DNA from: Caecitellus pseudoparvulus
Lineage: Eukaryota > Protista > Bigyra: Bicosoecida
Length of the DNA stretch: 64,000 nucleotides
NCBI GenBank assembly: GCA_965644315.1
Contig: CBFFRQ010000013.1
Coordinates: 434,001-498,000, forward strand
Direction of reading: 5' to 3'
In this document: positions 11,405-22,180 of the stretch, piece after piece
Layout of the letters: each line of letters starts with the position of its first letter
Position numbering within the stretch: position 1 is the stretch's first letter
Notes under the pieces: generated by a model
Databases searched by the model: none
What the model saw: only the letters and a program-made list of their open reading frames with translations
What the model was told of the DNA's origin: nothing
Position numbers and translations under genes: made by a program

Positions 11405-12738
11405 TCAAGAGGCAGCCTGGCCACCAGTTGCCGAGCCCGGCACAGTCAGGTCAGACACATCAATGAAGCGCTTAAAGGTCTCCTTCAGCACCTCAGTGGC
11501 GCCGAGGGGCACCTTGCGGCTCTTCGGCCGCAGGGCCTTGGCACGCACAGCATCCACGCCATTCTGGCTCTCGTAGCTGCGAAGTTGCTCTGTCGCGCCG
11601 TCAGTGCGGATGATGGTCAAGTCCACATTGGAGCCTGAGCCCAAGTCGTTGAAGATGCCTGCACGGATGGCGCGGGCCACGAGCGCCTTGGCTTCGTCTT
11701 CCGTGAGCCCATCCTTGTACCCGCTCTCCAGCATGGCCATCGCAGCAAGGGAGCCAGACCCCATGGACACGAATGGAAGCTTGTCAGTGGAGCCATGGGG
11801 GTACACAGTGTACAGGTGAGGTCCAGTGCAGTCCACACCGCCGAGCACCAGAGCTGCTGAAATGTGTCCTTGGTACCTGCAAGACACGAAGGCAGGGAGA
11901 GCCAGTGTGCTTGGCCTGGGCCTCCACACACGCCCAGCGAGGGCAGTAACTCACTGGAAAAGGCGGCGCTTGAGCAGAGTCATGGCAGTGACAACTCGGG
12001 ATTGGGTGCCCATCTGGCGTCGCAGCAGCTCCAGGTTGGACGCTGTCAGCTGTGTGATGTTCTCAGTGTCTGCAGCTGTCCCCGCACCGCAGCAGTGAAT
12101 GTTGGGGGCCAAGTAGTGGATCTTCTCACAGTTCTTGTCAGCAACCTGGGACGCAGCGCGAAGCAGGGTGGTGGAAAGGAAGCAGACTCGTGGCAGGCGG
12201 CAAGGTGGGAAGCCAGCTGCGAGGGGCACTGCCGAACTCACAACAGTGCCTTCCGTTGCACGAGTGTCTGCTCCAAGAACAACCCCTCCCTGCACAGAGA
12301 GAGGGAGCGCGGCGGTCAGTGTGGGAGGTGCACGCCTGGCGTTTCACGTGTGCCACGCCATCGCAGCACGGTGGCTGCGCGCAGCGAGTGTGCAGCCACG
12401 CACGTCGAAGACGACGCCGCAAATGGTCGTTCCAGTCTTCAGTGCTTTTGGGGGCTTTTGGCCAGCTCGTAGAAGCACCTTGTTCCTGAGCAGCAGTGAA
12501 GTGAGGTCAGGGCGTTGGCGTGGCATGCTGACGGGCACGTGCTGCGCCACTCCGCACCTGAGGCTGCTTGAAAAGTCGAAGCCACCCATGGTCCGGGCAG
12601 TCACTGTGGAGCAGACCGAAGTGAAGCTGTGTGTGCCACAGCAAGGCCACCTGCTGACAAGGAGAACTCACCCTGCTCACTGGGGGTCGGACCCTCCACC
12701 GCCGCACCGGCAGTGGTGTGGACTCCCGAGAGCTCCAT
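11405..12738 (-). CDS. PSMB7: 20S proteasome subunit beta-2 (PSMB7/Pup1); multi-exon
   Basis: GGFDF...RN propeptide, KTG|TTICG catalytic Thr, [51 protein letters not shown]; first exon from ATG 12738 inferred from a phase-compatible intron. Confidence 0.93.
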
Positions 12739-13128
12739 GGTGCTGGTTGACACGCACAACAGCTGAAGCAAGGAAACGAGCCCTAGAAGGAAGCGTGCTG
12801 TGCACGAGATCGCCCTGTATGTTGAGGGGGGTTGGTGGATTGTTCGACAGTGCTTCTGCTGCCATGCCCTGGCGTCGACGGGTGCATGTCCAGGATGAAG
12901 CCACAGTCCCACAAGACGCAAGGCCGGAACGAAAGACAAAAATGGCAACACCACTGACATGAGTACTGTGTGTTATGTGAAAGGGGTGGCTTGAGCCACG
13001 TGGAAAAATCTGTCCTGGCCACCAAGTCATGTGGTGCGAAGCTCCACCCATCCACGACTCGTCCCACCTTGGAGCTGCATGGAGGGGGTGGTGTGGACCT
13101 ATCTCGCCCACCTACACCATTCACAGCC

Positions 13129-13741
13129 CTAGTCTCGCTTCTTGAAGCCGTACTTTTTCTTGTCGTAGTACCAATCTGAACGGGCGGCGCCGATGTTAAT
13201 CACGTACGGGCAGCCATCGCGCTGAGGAAGCGGGGGGAAAGGGCGTATGCAGGTGAGCCCCATGCAATAAGAAGCCTGCTCTCCATACGCACATCCTTTT
13301 CTTGCAACGTGCACTCCTTGCAGTAGTACGCGTCAGAAACCCCAGGCAGCCCGCAAACACAGCAGCGGTTGGCGAAGCTGCCGTAGTTGCACTCGTCGCA
13401 CACTCGGACCTGAACATGAGGCCTGACGAAAGAATCGCAAATTGGGCAGCGGCCGTCACCTGCGAACAAATCATGTGCACGTGCTGGCGATGTCGCCACG
13501 GTGCCACTGAAGCCCTCTCACACTTGACACAGAGCCGTCCCGTAGCTGAGAAAGGAGGAGAGAAAGCGAGCAGCTTGAGACAACACAAGCAATGCCATAT
13601 CACACAGCCAGTACTCACCAATCCCTGGCTGCTTCCTGCATAGGATCAAGTCAATCTCTGCGTTGGAGCAGTGCGGAAGTTGCTTGGCACGACACCAACA
13701 AGGCAGGTAGATGGGGGCGACGCACGATGCTTGGCGGCCAT
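13129..13741 (-). CDS. PHF5A: PHD finger-like domain protein 5A (SF3b14b/Rds3); 5 exons
   Basis: Spliced product [40 protein letters not shown]...CDECNYGS...[20 protein letters not shown]...KKYGFKKRD. Confidence 0.95.
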
Positions 13742-14356
13742 ACTGGACGCGTGTTGCAAGAACTGAATATATAAACGAAGCTCCTGGCACTACAAAAGCT
13801 CCTGATCTATCGCTACCGTCGGAGTCTAGCCTGGCTCAGCGCTGCTTCACAGGGACACAGAGCGAGGGGGTTCTGCAGATTCAGCCTGTCCACACAGACA
13901 GAGGGGCCAGCACCAGGGGGGGACAACTAATTCGACGAAAAGGACATCGGCCCACAACAGCGCGAGCACATACCGAGTTGGTAGAGAAATGTGGGGGAAG
14001 CAAGCTTCTGGCCCTTGCATGCCTCCCTTCTACAACAGCGAGGCGCGATTCGTGCTTGCGCACCTGCCTTCTGAAAGACATGCACGGACTGAGCCTGTGC
14101 AGCGGGGGCGTGCCTTGGGGACGGGCTTGGTATGCCCCCCCCCAGTCCCTTTCTGGGGGGTACGCATCACGCTCAATGCATGACAAGGCTCAGTTCCTAC
14201 TACCAAGGAATCCTCCCACATTAAGCTGGCTCCAAGACAGACTCAGTGCGCTGTGCAGTGACACAAGTTGCTCTCTGGTGGCTGTCCTCTGCAGGGGAGC
14301 TTCTGCGTTACGCTGCAAAGGCATGAGTGAGCCTCACGCTCGCACGTTGACGGCAG

Positions 14357-17300
14357 ATGGTCCTCGCAGCAGCAGCGTTGGTCAAGAACCCTGCGAAAGT
14401 GATGGATTACTGTGCGTGTGCAGCTTTGCATTCCCATGCACTTTCTCGGGCATCAGCCCTTCTCCTCAAATCGGTGTGGTTGCGCAGCGTGAAACGCAAG
14501 GTGCGAAGCATCGACCATCTTGCTGGGTGGCTTGAGAAGCGCTGCGAAGGGGACGAAAGTGGGGCATCTGCTGCCTATACTAGCTTTCAAGAACTGCAAG
14601 GGCCGCCAGTCAGCAACACTGCTGCACTCAGAGAAAGCCTGGCGTGCGCGACATCGGAGCGCACGCCTCCTCAGCCGGCGCAGTGCCGCACCAGCCTGCT
14701 TGCAGCGTGGCTTGCCCCGCCTATACTAGACACAGGCCGAAGAAAGAGAGGGACTGAGACAAGCTATCCCCCAGTGGAAGTCTTGTATGAGGATGGTTGT
14801 GAGCAAGAGGTGGAAGTTGCAGAGCACGATGCCGCGCTCGCTGCCGCGCTGCGGCAGGCCGCCAGAGTTGACTTGCTGGACCAACAAAACCTGGCGGGGC
14901 CCCAGTACATCGGCGTGCGGGAGCTGCAGAATGGCGCGTTCCGCGTGACCGCTTTCATTAACGGTCGGCAGCGCTTTGTGAACGATTGCTCGACGGCGGA
15001 GTCTGCCGCCGCCCTGCACGATGCAGCAGTGCTGCAGCTGTCGGCTCCATGTGACTGGCAAGGCAGAGATGCTGCTGCAATCCGCCACTTTGAACGACTG
15101 CGCCGGATTGCGAACGAATCGGGGCTTGAGCACGAAGGCCTGCTTACGCTGCCCCAGCCCCATGAAGACCGTCCTCCGGACGCCCCCGCACCTGGCATCG
15201 ACATCAACTTTGAGGCCGATTCGATGCAAGTCCAAGCCATGTGGCATCACGACGCCATCAAACGCCTCGCTCGAGAGCTGTCCGGCGACGGGGAAGTTAC
15301 CGCTGCCGTGCCCGAAGACCACTGCTGGGATGTCCACCTGCACTGTCGGGCTCTTGATCAGATGTGCGCTCAAGCAGAGGAGCGCTCGGGGCACCTCTAC
15401 GACAGCCTGGGGTATGGTGCAGACCTTGGTCCGAGGCAGTCAGCGCACGGAACCCCATCCAAGGACCACGCACACCCCACAGCTGCAACAGATTTCGTAT
15501 CTCAGCGAGCCGAGTCTGGAGCGTTCAGGGAGCCTCAGGCGCTGCCGGCTGCCTCGTGCATCCCTCGGCCCCCAGAAGACCCGGAGCACGACGGAGGAGG
15601 CTTGGCCTCACTGCTTGCCACAGCCCTCGTGTTACCCATTGCGAGCCGAGCATGCTGCTGCACAAAGACGTACTTGCCAGTGCTCATGAAGCACCACACT
15701 TTGCTGAACGAGTGCAGCCTTGCAGCGGCCATGGCCACTATAGCTGCGTGTCACGGCGGGCTGCCTGAGGCGGACGACGGTGTTGATGCCAGTGACGTCC
15801 CGGCAACAGAAGAACCAGAGCGCGAGGAAGTCTTGACTGCCGCACTGTTCATCCCAGGACTCGGCACAAGTTGCTTGTCCCTGACGGAGCATGCACGCCT
15901 GCTGAAGGTGCCCCTTGACCGGGCACAAGCGACTGCTTGGAACGCCTTCATGCTCCAGAAAGTAAAGAGCGCCAGGGAAGAGGCTGACTGGAGCGAGCTT
16001 GTGCAGCCACTCAGCATTCACGGTCCGAGGGATTGCTGGTGGCCACTGCCGGACACACCCACGAGCCCGGCCACCCAGCTTGCGCACGGCATCGCAAGCG
16101 TTGTCCACGCGCTCCGGCAAACATCCAGCAACCCAGCAGCTCAATCAGTGAAAATAGCCCACCTTGCGGATGTCGACAGTGCCCAAGCATTACTCCATTC
16201 ATTTGTGGCCTGGATACGGAAGGAGTGCATGCCCAGCCGCTACGCTGATGACACCTCGTTCAGAGCACAGCCTCGCAAGCAGCCCAGCACCATCAGCGTC
16301 GCGCTTGTGCCTCAGCTAGAGCATGTTCTCAAGCATACATGGAGCCGGGGCATCCCCGAGCTTGTACGCAGGCTGGGCATCCCACAGCCTGAGCATCTGC
16401 AACTGTGGCTTGACGGCTCAGAGGCGCTGCCAGTCCTGCTTGAAGCTGATATTTGTTTCGCTGTGCAGCAGTTCCTCGGCGCACTTCATGCGCTTCAAGC
16501 CAAGGGATTTCAGCTCCCCCTGCTTCCCTTTTACGCGGAAAGTCTTCCTGTTGCTCTCCGTGCATTCCCGAACATGTCCAAGGCGTCAGTGCTGCGCTTC
16601 GCGACTTCCATCTCCCCGCGCGTGTCCTGCCACTGCTCCACGGCACAGGCACAAGCCCACAGGCTTGCAGAAGCAGGGTTCAAGACGACTTTCACCGCGG
16701 AAGCTCTCCGTGGTTCGCGCACTTCTCGAGGGCGGGCGCCAGGTGGCGGTCACGACAGAAAGGCAGCCAAGCATGCGGGCAGCAAGGTGAGGGGCGCCTC
16801 ACGCGACGAAACCCGCAAGCGCTTGGCCCACGAGCGCATGGCACGACGTCAAACAGCTCGTGTGGCAGCCGCGAAAACTCGCCGGGAGAAGCAGCTCGCC
16901 CGAGAGCAGGCGAGGGCGGCTGCCAAGGAAGCCAAGCTGGTGACTGCGAGGCAGCGTGCTCTGGCAACGCAGCCAGTGACCACCATGGTGGGGGGCTGCA
17001 AGATGACCGCAAGGGCGGTTGGCCATGAGGTTCAAGGCGATGCAAGCGAAGGTGCCTGCGATGCAGATCGGTGCGGGGTGTGTGGCAGCAACTGTGCCAG
17101 TACTGACAATGCGCTGCTGCGTTGCTCGGGGTGTTCGTGCGTCGTACACCAACACTGTGTGTGTGCTCCCTGGTGCAAGGCTGCCACATCAGACTTCTTC
17201 TTCTGTCCCCATTGCATGCACACTCTGAAGGGCGCCTTCGCACCCGAGGCTTGGGCTGCGCACGTTGACTCCGCAGCCACGTCCTTGGAGTGCGCCGTTC

Positions 17301-19336
17301 GCATGGAGAGTGGTGTTGTTACTTGCAAGCAGTTTGAGGCCCTGCGCAGCGGCCTGTCAGCCCCTGAGGGGGCCCAGTTGGGTACCGTGCCTCTCATCAA
17401 GGCCTGGCTTCGTTTGGAGTTCGAGCGCAGGCAGTGCTGCTTGTGTGGCTTGGCTGGCCTTGGGCTTCCCCTGCAGCCGGTTCATGTGGAAGGCAGGGGG
17501 GGCTGTCTGGCCGTGTCGTTCGCTCACTGCATTTGTGCATTGTCACACTGGGGAACAGTTTGGCCCAAGGGCTGCCGTGCTCAGCGCCTATTGGATGTCT
17601 CAGGCGTTGTGCAAGGACAGAGGGAAGCAGCAGCGATGGTCGCGTTGGGGTGCACAGTATGCGGCCGGAAAGAGCGTCTTCCTCCTGAGGTGCACAGTGC
17701 AGTGGAGAAGTTCCCAAGCGTGCACTACTCCTGTGCGCTTCGAAGTGGTTTGCTCATTCTTCAGCGGCCACTGCTGCGAGGCTGGATCAGCGAGCTGCAG
17801 GCAACTCAGGACTCCCCGGCCGCGTTGGCTGATGCGCTGGAGTGGTATCGAGGTCCAGCGAGTGCATCTCAAACGCAAGCCTCTCAACTGCACTTCAGGC
17901 TTCCGATCAGGGCAAACTTTGGTGTGATTTCCACGAGCCAGCGTGGCGTGCCACTCATTCCAGCGAATATTGCTAGTGTGCGCATGGGCTCATTCACAAC
18001 GTACTCAGACCGCCAACGAGTGTTCGTTGACAGTATGCTGGCCGGGACGTGTGCCGGGCTCTGTGTGCCACCGTGGCTCTACGCCTCTCCCCGCTCTGAC
18101 TGCGCGAACATTGCCCTGAACATGTTGGTGCACTTGGACGGTCACCCTGCTCCGGTCTGCTGGCCACACCTGTCACGGGCGGAGAGCGTCGTCCTGCATT
18201 TGGCAGCGTTAGGGGACGCTGGTTGTGTTGCTGCATGGAAGAGGCGCGCCTCTCTCACTGGCACCGTGCAAGGCACAGGCGGGGAGTTGTCGCTGGGCGA
18301 TGGAATGGACGTGCTTGTCGTCACCGCAGCAGCGTACGCGGTCCAGGCAGTCGTGCCGGCACACGTTCTGGCACTGCACCAAGCCATCGTGTTCAACCAC
18401 CACCTCTCAGAGAGTGAGGCAGCTCCATCGTTTATGTCCCATGCACGCTTCCGTACCTGCCTGGCGACCTTTGGCCCACCCCTGCTGCGGGCACTTTCAC
18501 GACACAGCAGCTCAGCCAAACCAGGCTCAGAGAGAAGCGCAGTGGCATGCTTCCAGTCGTGGATAGCTGAGTTAGCCGAGTTGCAATCTGATTTCTGGGA
18601 AAGTTTTTGGAGCTTTGGTATGCACTCATGGACGATTCTAGGGGCTGCACGGCAGCAAACTGCGACGCGAATGCGGAGCAACTTGCTGAGGCAGGTGCGA
18701 TGGCCGGACGCTGCGACAGCCTTTCTCTCTGAGCAGCCGGAGCGAAATCAGGCCTTTGCAGAATCACTGGAAGCCCATGTGAAAATTGGCGCGGGCATCG
18801 CTGGCTGCACCTTCGAAGGCGTGCCAGGCTTCACGGGTGCCGCGGACGCACAAGGGGCAGGCGGGCAGCTTGTTGAGTCACTGGCACGGAAGGTGAGGCT
18901 GTGGGCTGTTTGGGCAAAAGCTGCGGGCTCGGCACAGTTCACACTGCTTCCCATTCCCAAGTCAAAGAAGAAGGCACTCAGGCTCGACTTCCCCACCCCT
19001 CCAGACCCTGAGGTGTGGCAAGTCTTCCTGAGCGCGGCACCAGCAGCTTCGGCACCCTCCGACACACCTTCAGCTCCAACTGTTGCCAGCGGATCTGGTG
19101 CATCCAGACGGCTGCAAGTGGGAGGAGGCAAGCGCGGAATGGAAGGGAAGTCAAGCAGTCATGAATTTTCACCGCCAACAAGGCCAAAGCGTCAGAGGAC
19201 TCTGCAGCAAGACCAAGCGCTGCCTGCTCCAGCTGCTTCAGACCCGCCAAGGCAAGCTCCTGTTGTGGACAGGCCTCGCCGTGGATCCCGCAGAAGAGGA
19301 AATGTTGACATTTCTGAGCTATCTTGCCTCCTGTAG
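14357..19336 (+). CDS. Large chromatin protein with AP2-like DNA-binding domain and PHD + extended PHD (PZP-like) fingers; true start probably upstream
   Basis: YIGVRELQNGAFRVTAFINGRQRFVNDCSTAESAAALHDAAVL (AP2 pattern); CGVCG...CSGCSCVVHQHC...FFCPHC (PHD); CCLCG...AHCICA...CTVCG...VHYSCA (ePHD). Confidence 0.7.
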   Translation: MVLAAAALVKNPAKVMDYCACAALHSHALSRASALLLKSVWLRSVKRKVRSIDHLAGWLEKRCEGDESGASAAYTSFQELQGPPVSNTAALRESLACATSERTPPQPAQCRTSLLAAWLAPPILDTGRRKRGTETSYPPVEVLYEDGCEQEVEVAEHDAALAAALRQAARVDLLDQQNLAGPQYIGVRELQNGAFRVTAFINGRQRFVNDCSTAESAAALHDAAVLQLSAPCDWQGRDAAAIRHFERLRRIANESGLEHEGLLTLPQPHEDRPPDAPAPGIDINFEADSMQVQAMWHHDAIKRLARELSGDGEVTAAVPEDHCWDVHLHCRALDQMCAQAEERSGHLYDSLGYGADLGPRQSAHGTPSKDHAHPTAATDFVSQRAESGAFREPQALPAASCIPRPPEDPEHDGGGLASLLATALVLPIASRACCCTKTYLPVLMKHHTLLNECSLAAAMATIAACHGGLPEADDGVDASDVPATEEPEREEVLTAALFIPGLGTSCLSLTEHARLLKVPLDRAQATAWNAFMLQKVKSAREEADWSELVQPLSIHGPRDCWWPLPDTPTSPATQLAHGIASVVHALRQTSSNPAAQSVKIAHLADVDSAQALLHSFVAWIRKECMPSRYADDTSFRAQPRKQPSTISVALVPQLEHVLKHTWSRGIPELVRRLGIPQPEHLQLWLDGSEALPVLLEADICFAVQQFLGALHALQAKGFQLPLLPFYAESLPVALRAFPNMSKASVLRFATSISPRVSCHCSTAQAQAHRLAEAGFKTTFTAEALRGSRTSRGRAPGGGHDRKAAKHAGSKVRGASRDETRKRLAHERMARRQTARVAAAKTRREKQLAREQARAAAKEAKLVTARQRALATQPVTTMVGGCKMTARAVGHEVQGDASEGACDADRCGVCGSNCASTDNALLRCSGCSCVVHQHCVCAPWCKAATSDFFFCPHCMHTLKGAFAPEAWAAHVDSAATSLECAVRMESGVVTCKQFEALRSGLSAPEGAQLGTVPLIKAWLRLEFERRQCCLCGLAGLGLPLQPVHVEGRGGCLAVSFAHCICALSHWGTVWPKGCRAQRLLDVSGVVQGQREAAAMVALGCTVCGRKERLPPEVHSAVEKFPSVHYSCALRSGLLILQRPLLRGWISELQATQDSPAALADALEWYRGPASASQTQASQLHFRLPIRANFGVISTSQRGVPLIPANIASVRMGSFTTYSDRQRVFVDSMLAGTCAGLCVPPWLYASPRSDCANIALNMLVHLDGHPAPVCWPHLSRAESVVLHLAALGDAGCVAAWKRRASLTGTVQGTGGELSLGDGMDVLVVTAAAYAVQAVVPAHVLALHQAIVFNHHLSESEAAPSFMSHARFRTCLATFGPPLLRALSRHSSSAKPGSERSAVACFQSWIAELAELQSDFWESFWSFGMHSWTILGAARQQTATRMRSNLLRQVRWPDAATAFLSEQPERNQAFAESLEAHVKIGAGIAGCTFEGVPGFTGAADAQGAGGQLVESLARKVRLWAVWAKAAGSAQFTLLPIPKSKKKALRLDFPTPPDPEVWQVFLSAAPAASAPSDTPSAPTVASGSGASRRLQVGGGKRGMEGKSSSHEFSPPTRPKRQRTLQQDQALPAPAASDPPRQAPVVDRPRRGSRRRGNVDISELSCLL

Positions 19337-19343
19337 GGATGGT

Positions 19344-20421
19344 TCAGGGGGCGCTGTGGGAAGGCGTGGCTTGTTCCTGGTCTCCAGGCCCGTCTGGAGT
19401 TGGGAGCGGCGGGGGCGACTTGGCAGGCGCCTTCCCACCTCGGCCTTCGCTTGCCTTGACGTAGGCGTACAACAAGCCACCTGCTAAAGAAAGGACGATG
19501 AAAAACCACTGCTTCGAGGAGATGGGGGAGGCAAAGAGCGCGTAGCCAATGAAGGTGACGGGGACCTTGTTCAAGGCCCCCACCATTGCGTACGTGGTTG
19601 CCCCTGTCATGTCCACACACCAGATGGAAGCCATGTTCAAGAAGAAGCCCACCGCACCAGAGAATGCAACAGCAATGCTGAACGCTGGCCAAGTCCATTG
19701 CTCAGCTTGCCAGGCGCCAGGCCACTCGCCGAGTGTGAGCGCCAGAGAAGCTGCCATGGGCAGCATTAACACGTTGTTGTAGTAGGCCTTCTCGAAAACA
19801 GACAGCTTCATCTTCACCGCAGCTCGCATGTACAGCACAAAGGCTGCTGTGCAGACGCAGTTGAGCACCATCCACACGTACCCCTCCACGCTGGGGGCAA
19901 CATCAGACACGCCAGCCATTACTGCTCCGGCCACGCACAGCAGCAGGGAGCAAACGATGCCCGCAGATGCAGACTCGCCATATAAGTACCAAGCACCAGC
20001 AAGTGTGATAATGTTCGTCATGTTCTTGAAGATGGTGACGACTGGAACGGCCAGAAAGCGCAAGCTGCGGCGGGCGGAAATTGAGTCGTCTTCGGGCTTC
20101 GGCACCCAACGGCAATGTGTGCATGTGTGCGTACGCTTTGAAGCTCGTGAAAAGCATGCACACGAAAAGGACATTAATGGGAAGCCACTGCTTTGCAGAC
20201 TTCCACGTCAGCGGCGCGATTTTCACGTAGCCCAGGGCAGACGCGAGGAGAAGCAGAGCAGTGGTCGTGCTGCCTTGCATGAGCAGGACCGTGCTGTTAA
20301 AGTGGAATCCGAAGCTGCTCATGACTGCCTTGTTCACGAGTGTCATGGAGACACTGCATGCACTGTAAAACAGGCATGACAGAGCTGCCTTGCTGCTCAT
20401 GGCCAGCGATTCCGGCGCCAT
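19344..20421 (-). CDS. Golgi GDP-mannose/GDP-sugar transporter (GONST/VRG4 family); 2 exons
   Basis: SMTLVNK, TIFKNMTN, YYNN and the GDP-sugar motif TTYAMVGALNK; multiple transmembrane helices. Confidence 0.88.
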
Positions 20422-20584
20422 GGTGCTGCTTGCCGTCGGGATTCAGCAGCGCCTTGTGCAGGCATCAAAGCAGTTGGTCGGCAAGAGGAAGGGCAGAGGT
20501 AGCAGCGCCTCTGTCCTTCAGGTTTTGTGTCTGTTCGTGCATTGTCGGAGCGGCATGGGGTTGCCCTGGCAGCCACAGCGAGGC

Positions 20585-21919
20585 CTAACTGCCACTCAGC
20601 TGCACCAACGCATCGTGCCGCTCTGCTCGCAGTGCTTGGCTCTTCGCGATCTTTTCAAGGAAGTAGCCGGGGTTGAGCAACGCGTCGCCAATGTTGCAGC
20701 GGATGATGAAGACGTCTTTCGTCAGGTCGAAGGGCAGCGCCTCGCCGGTTTCGGCGTGGCGAGCGTCAACGATGCAGGCTTCCTCCTCCCCCACGTTGTC
20801 GTCGAAGAACACAGAGTGCACGGTGGTGTCTTGGGGATCCACCAGCAGCAGCTTGCCCGCTTCTCCCACTTCTCCGGCGTGGTGCCAGTAAGCATAGTCG
20901 TCACGAAGCGCCATCATGGAGTGCTTGGGAGGTCGGTGGCTGGCTGGCGCCGACACGCCCAGGTGCGTCAGGATGGCATGGCTGACGTTGTGGGCGCCAG
21001 TGACGACGTCCACCACAGCAGGCAAGGAGCCGTGCTGCGACATGATGGCCAAGGAAATGACTGGCTCACCGCTCTCCATGTACCGCTGGAATCGTCCCGT
21101 GTCCTTCGAAGTCAGGCGCATGTCCGGGCGACCGGGCACGGAGCCATCCAGGGGCTGGGCTTTTGGGAAGGCCGGGTGGGAGCCTTCACAGTACATGTTG
21201 TGCTCCTTGATTATGTGGGGTAGATCGCTGCCGAAAGTCCTGAACACGATGCAGGCTTGCCTTGTGTCGGTAGCCAGCGCCTCCAGCGTGGCGAAGTAGG
21301 CAGGAATGAGGTGGTAAGACCCGCTTGCCAGGAACTCCACCTGCTTGCAGGCTTCCAGAGATTCAGGGGGAACCGCGAGAGCAGCATCCCACTGCTTCAC
21401 CAATTCAGCACAGGTTTCGCCGGGTTCCCCGGGTTGTGTGAAGCGGACTTTTATGTCCTGGCGTTTCACACGCGTTGCAGCATTGACCTTACGAAGCGCG
21501 TCGATGGCTTCTTTCGTGGCGTCGGCTGGCTCTGGCTGGTAAGGAAGGGAATCTTCAATGAACTCTGAGTAGCTCACCAGCCCGAGGCGAGGCCCATCCT
21601 CTCCTGGCTTCAGCTTCAGCTCCCACTTCCCTGTGGCCCCATCCACCACGCCCAAGGAATAGTCTGACGCGATGCTGTTCAGCACGTCAGCCTGCGACTT
21701 GCCCCCCGCCTGGTCTGTGCAAAGCACAGTCTTGTTCACATCAAAGTGCACGACCAGGGCCGGCAGCGGGCTGGGGTCTTCTGCAGCCATTGTTGACGAA
21801 AACTTGCGGTCAGGAGAGGGAGCCTGGTGCGAGCGCGAGTCCGAGCGCGCCAAACGAGGATAGCTACGCGGTACAGGCGCAAAGAGACTCCTGCACAGTC
21901 GACGCGACAGATGCTGCAT
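20585..21919 (-). CDS. Conserved uncharacterised HAD-like protein ('HFDVNKT' family); possible mitochondrial presequence, alternative start 21790
   Basis: VVHFDVNKTVL, IVFRTFGSDL and VFFDDN resemble HAD motifs I, II and IV; long intact ORF. Confidence 0.6.
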   Translation of the reverse strand: MQHLSRRLCRSLFAPVPRSYPRLARSDSRSHQAPSPDRKFSSTMAAEDPSPLPALVVHFDVNKTVLCTDQAGGKSQADVLNSIASDYSLGVVDGATGKWELKLKPGEDGPRLGLVSYSEFIEDSLPYQPEPADATKEAIDALRKVNAATRVKRQDIKVRFTQPGEPGETCAELVKQWDAALAVPPESLEACKQVEFLASGSYHLIPAYFATLEALATDTRQACIVFRTFGSDLPHIIKEHNMYCEGSHPAFPKAQPLDGSVPGRPDMRLTSKDTGRFQRYMESGEPVISLAIMSQHGSLPAVVDVVTGAHNVSHAILTHLGVSAPASHRPPKHSMMALRDDYAYWHHAGEVGEAGKLLLVDPQDTTVHSVFFDDNVGEEEACIVDARHAETGEALPFDLTKDVFIIRCNIGDALLNPGYFLEKIAKSQALRAERHDALVQLSGS

Positions 21920-22180
21920 GCTGGCACACATCGCAAGCGAAAAGCAGCCCTGCTGGGTGCTGGGTCACGTTGTGTCAAAGTGGGGGTGAGTGTCCCGACT
22001 CTCAATACTTGGTGGGGAGGCTTCCGTGGACGCCAGTGTGAGGTGGAGCCCAAAAACTGATAGGCACTCAACTTTGCTGTATGGCCTACGTGTTGGTCTT
22101 GTGAGAGTGAGTTCGTTGTGCAGGTAGACTCAATCGGCCGCGAAGGAGCACGCCCCATCGGCGTTGACTCGTGACACGCC

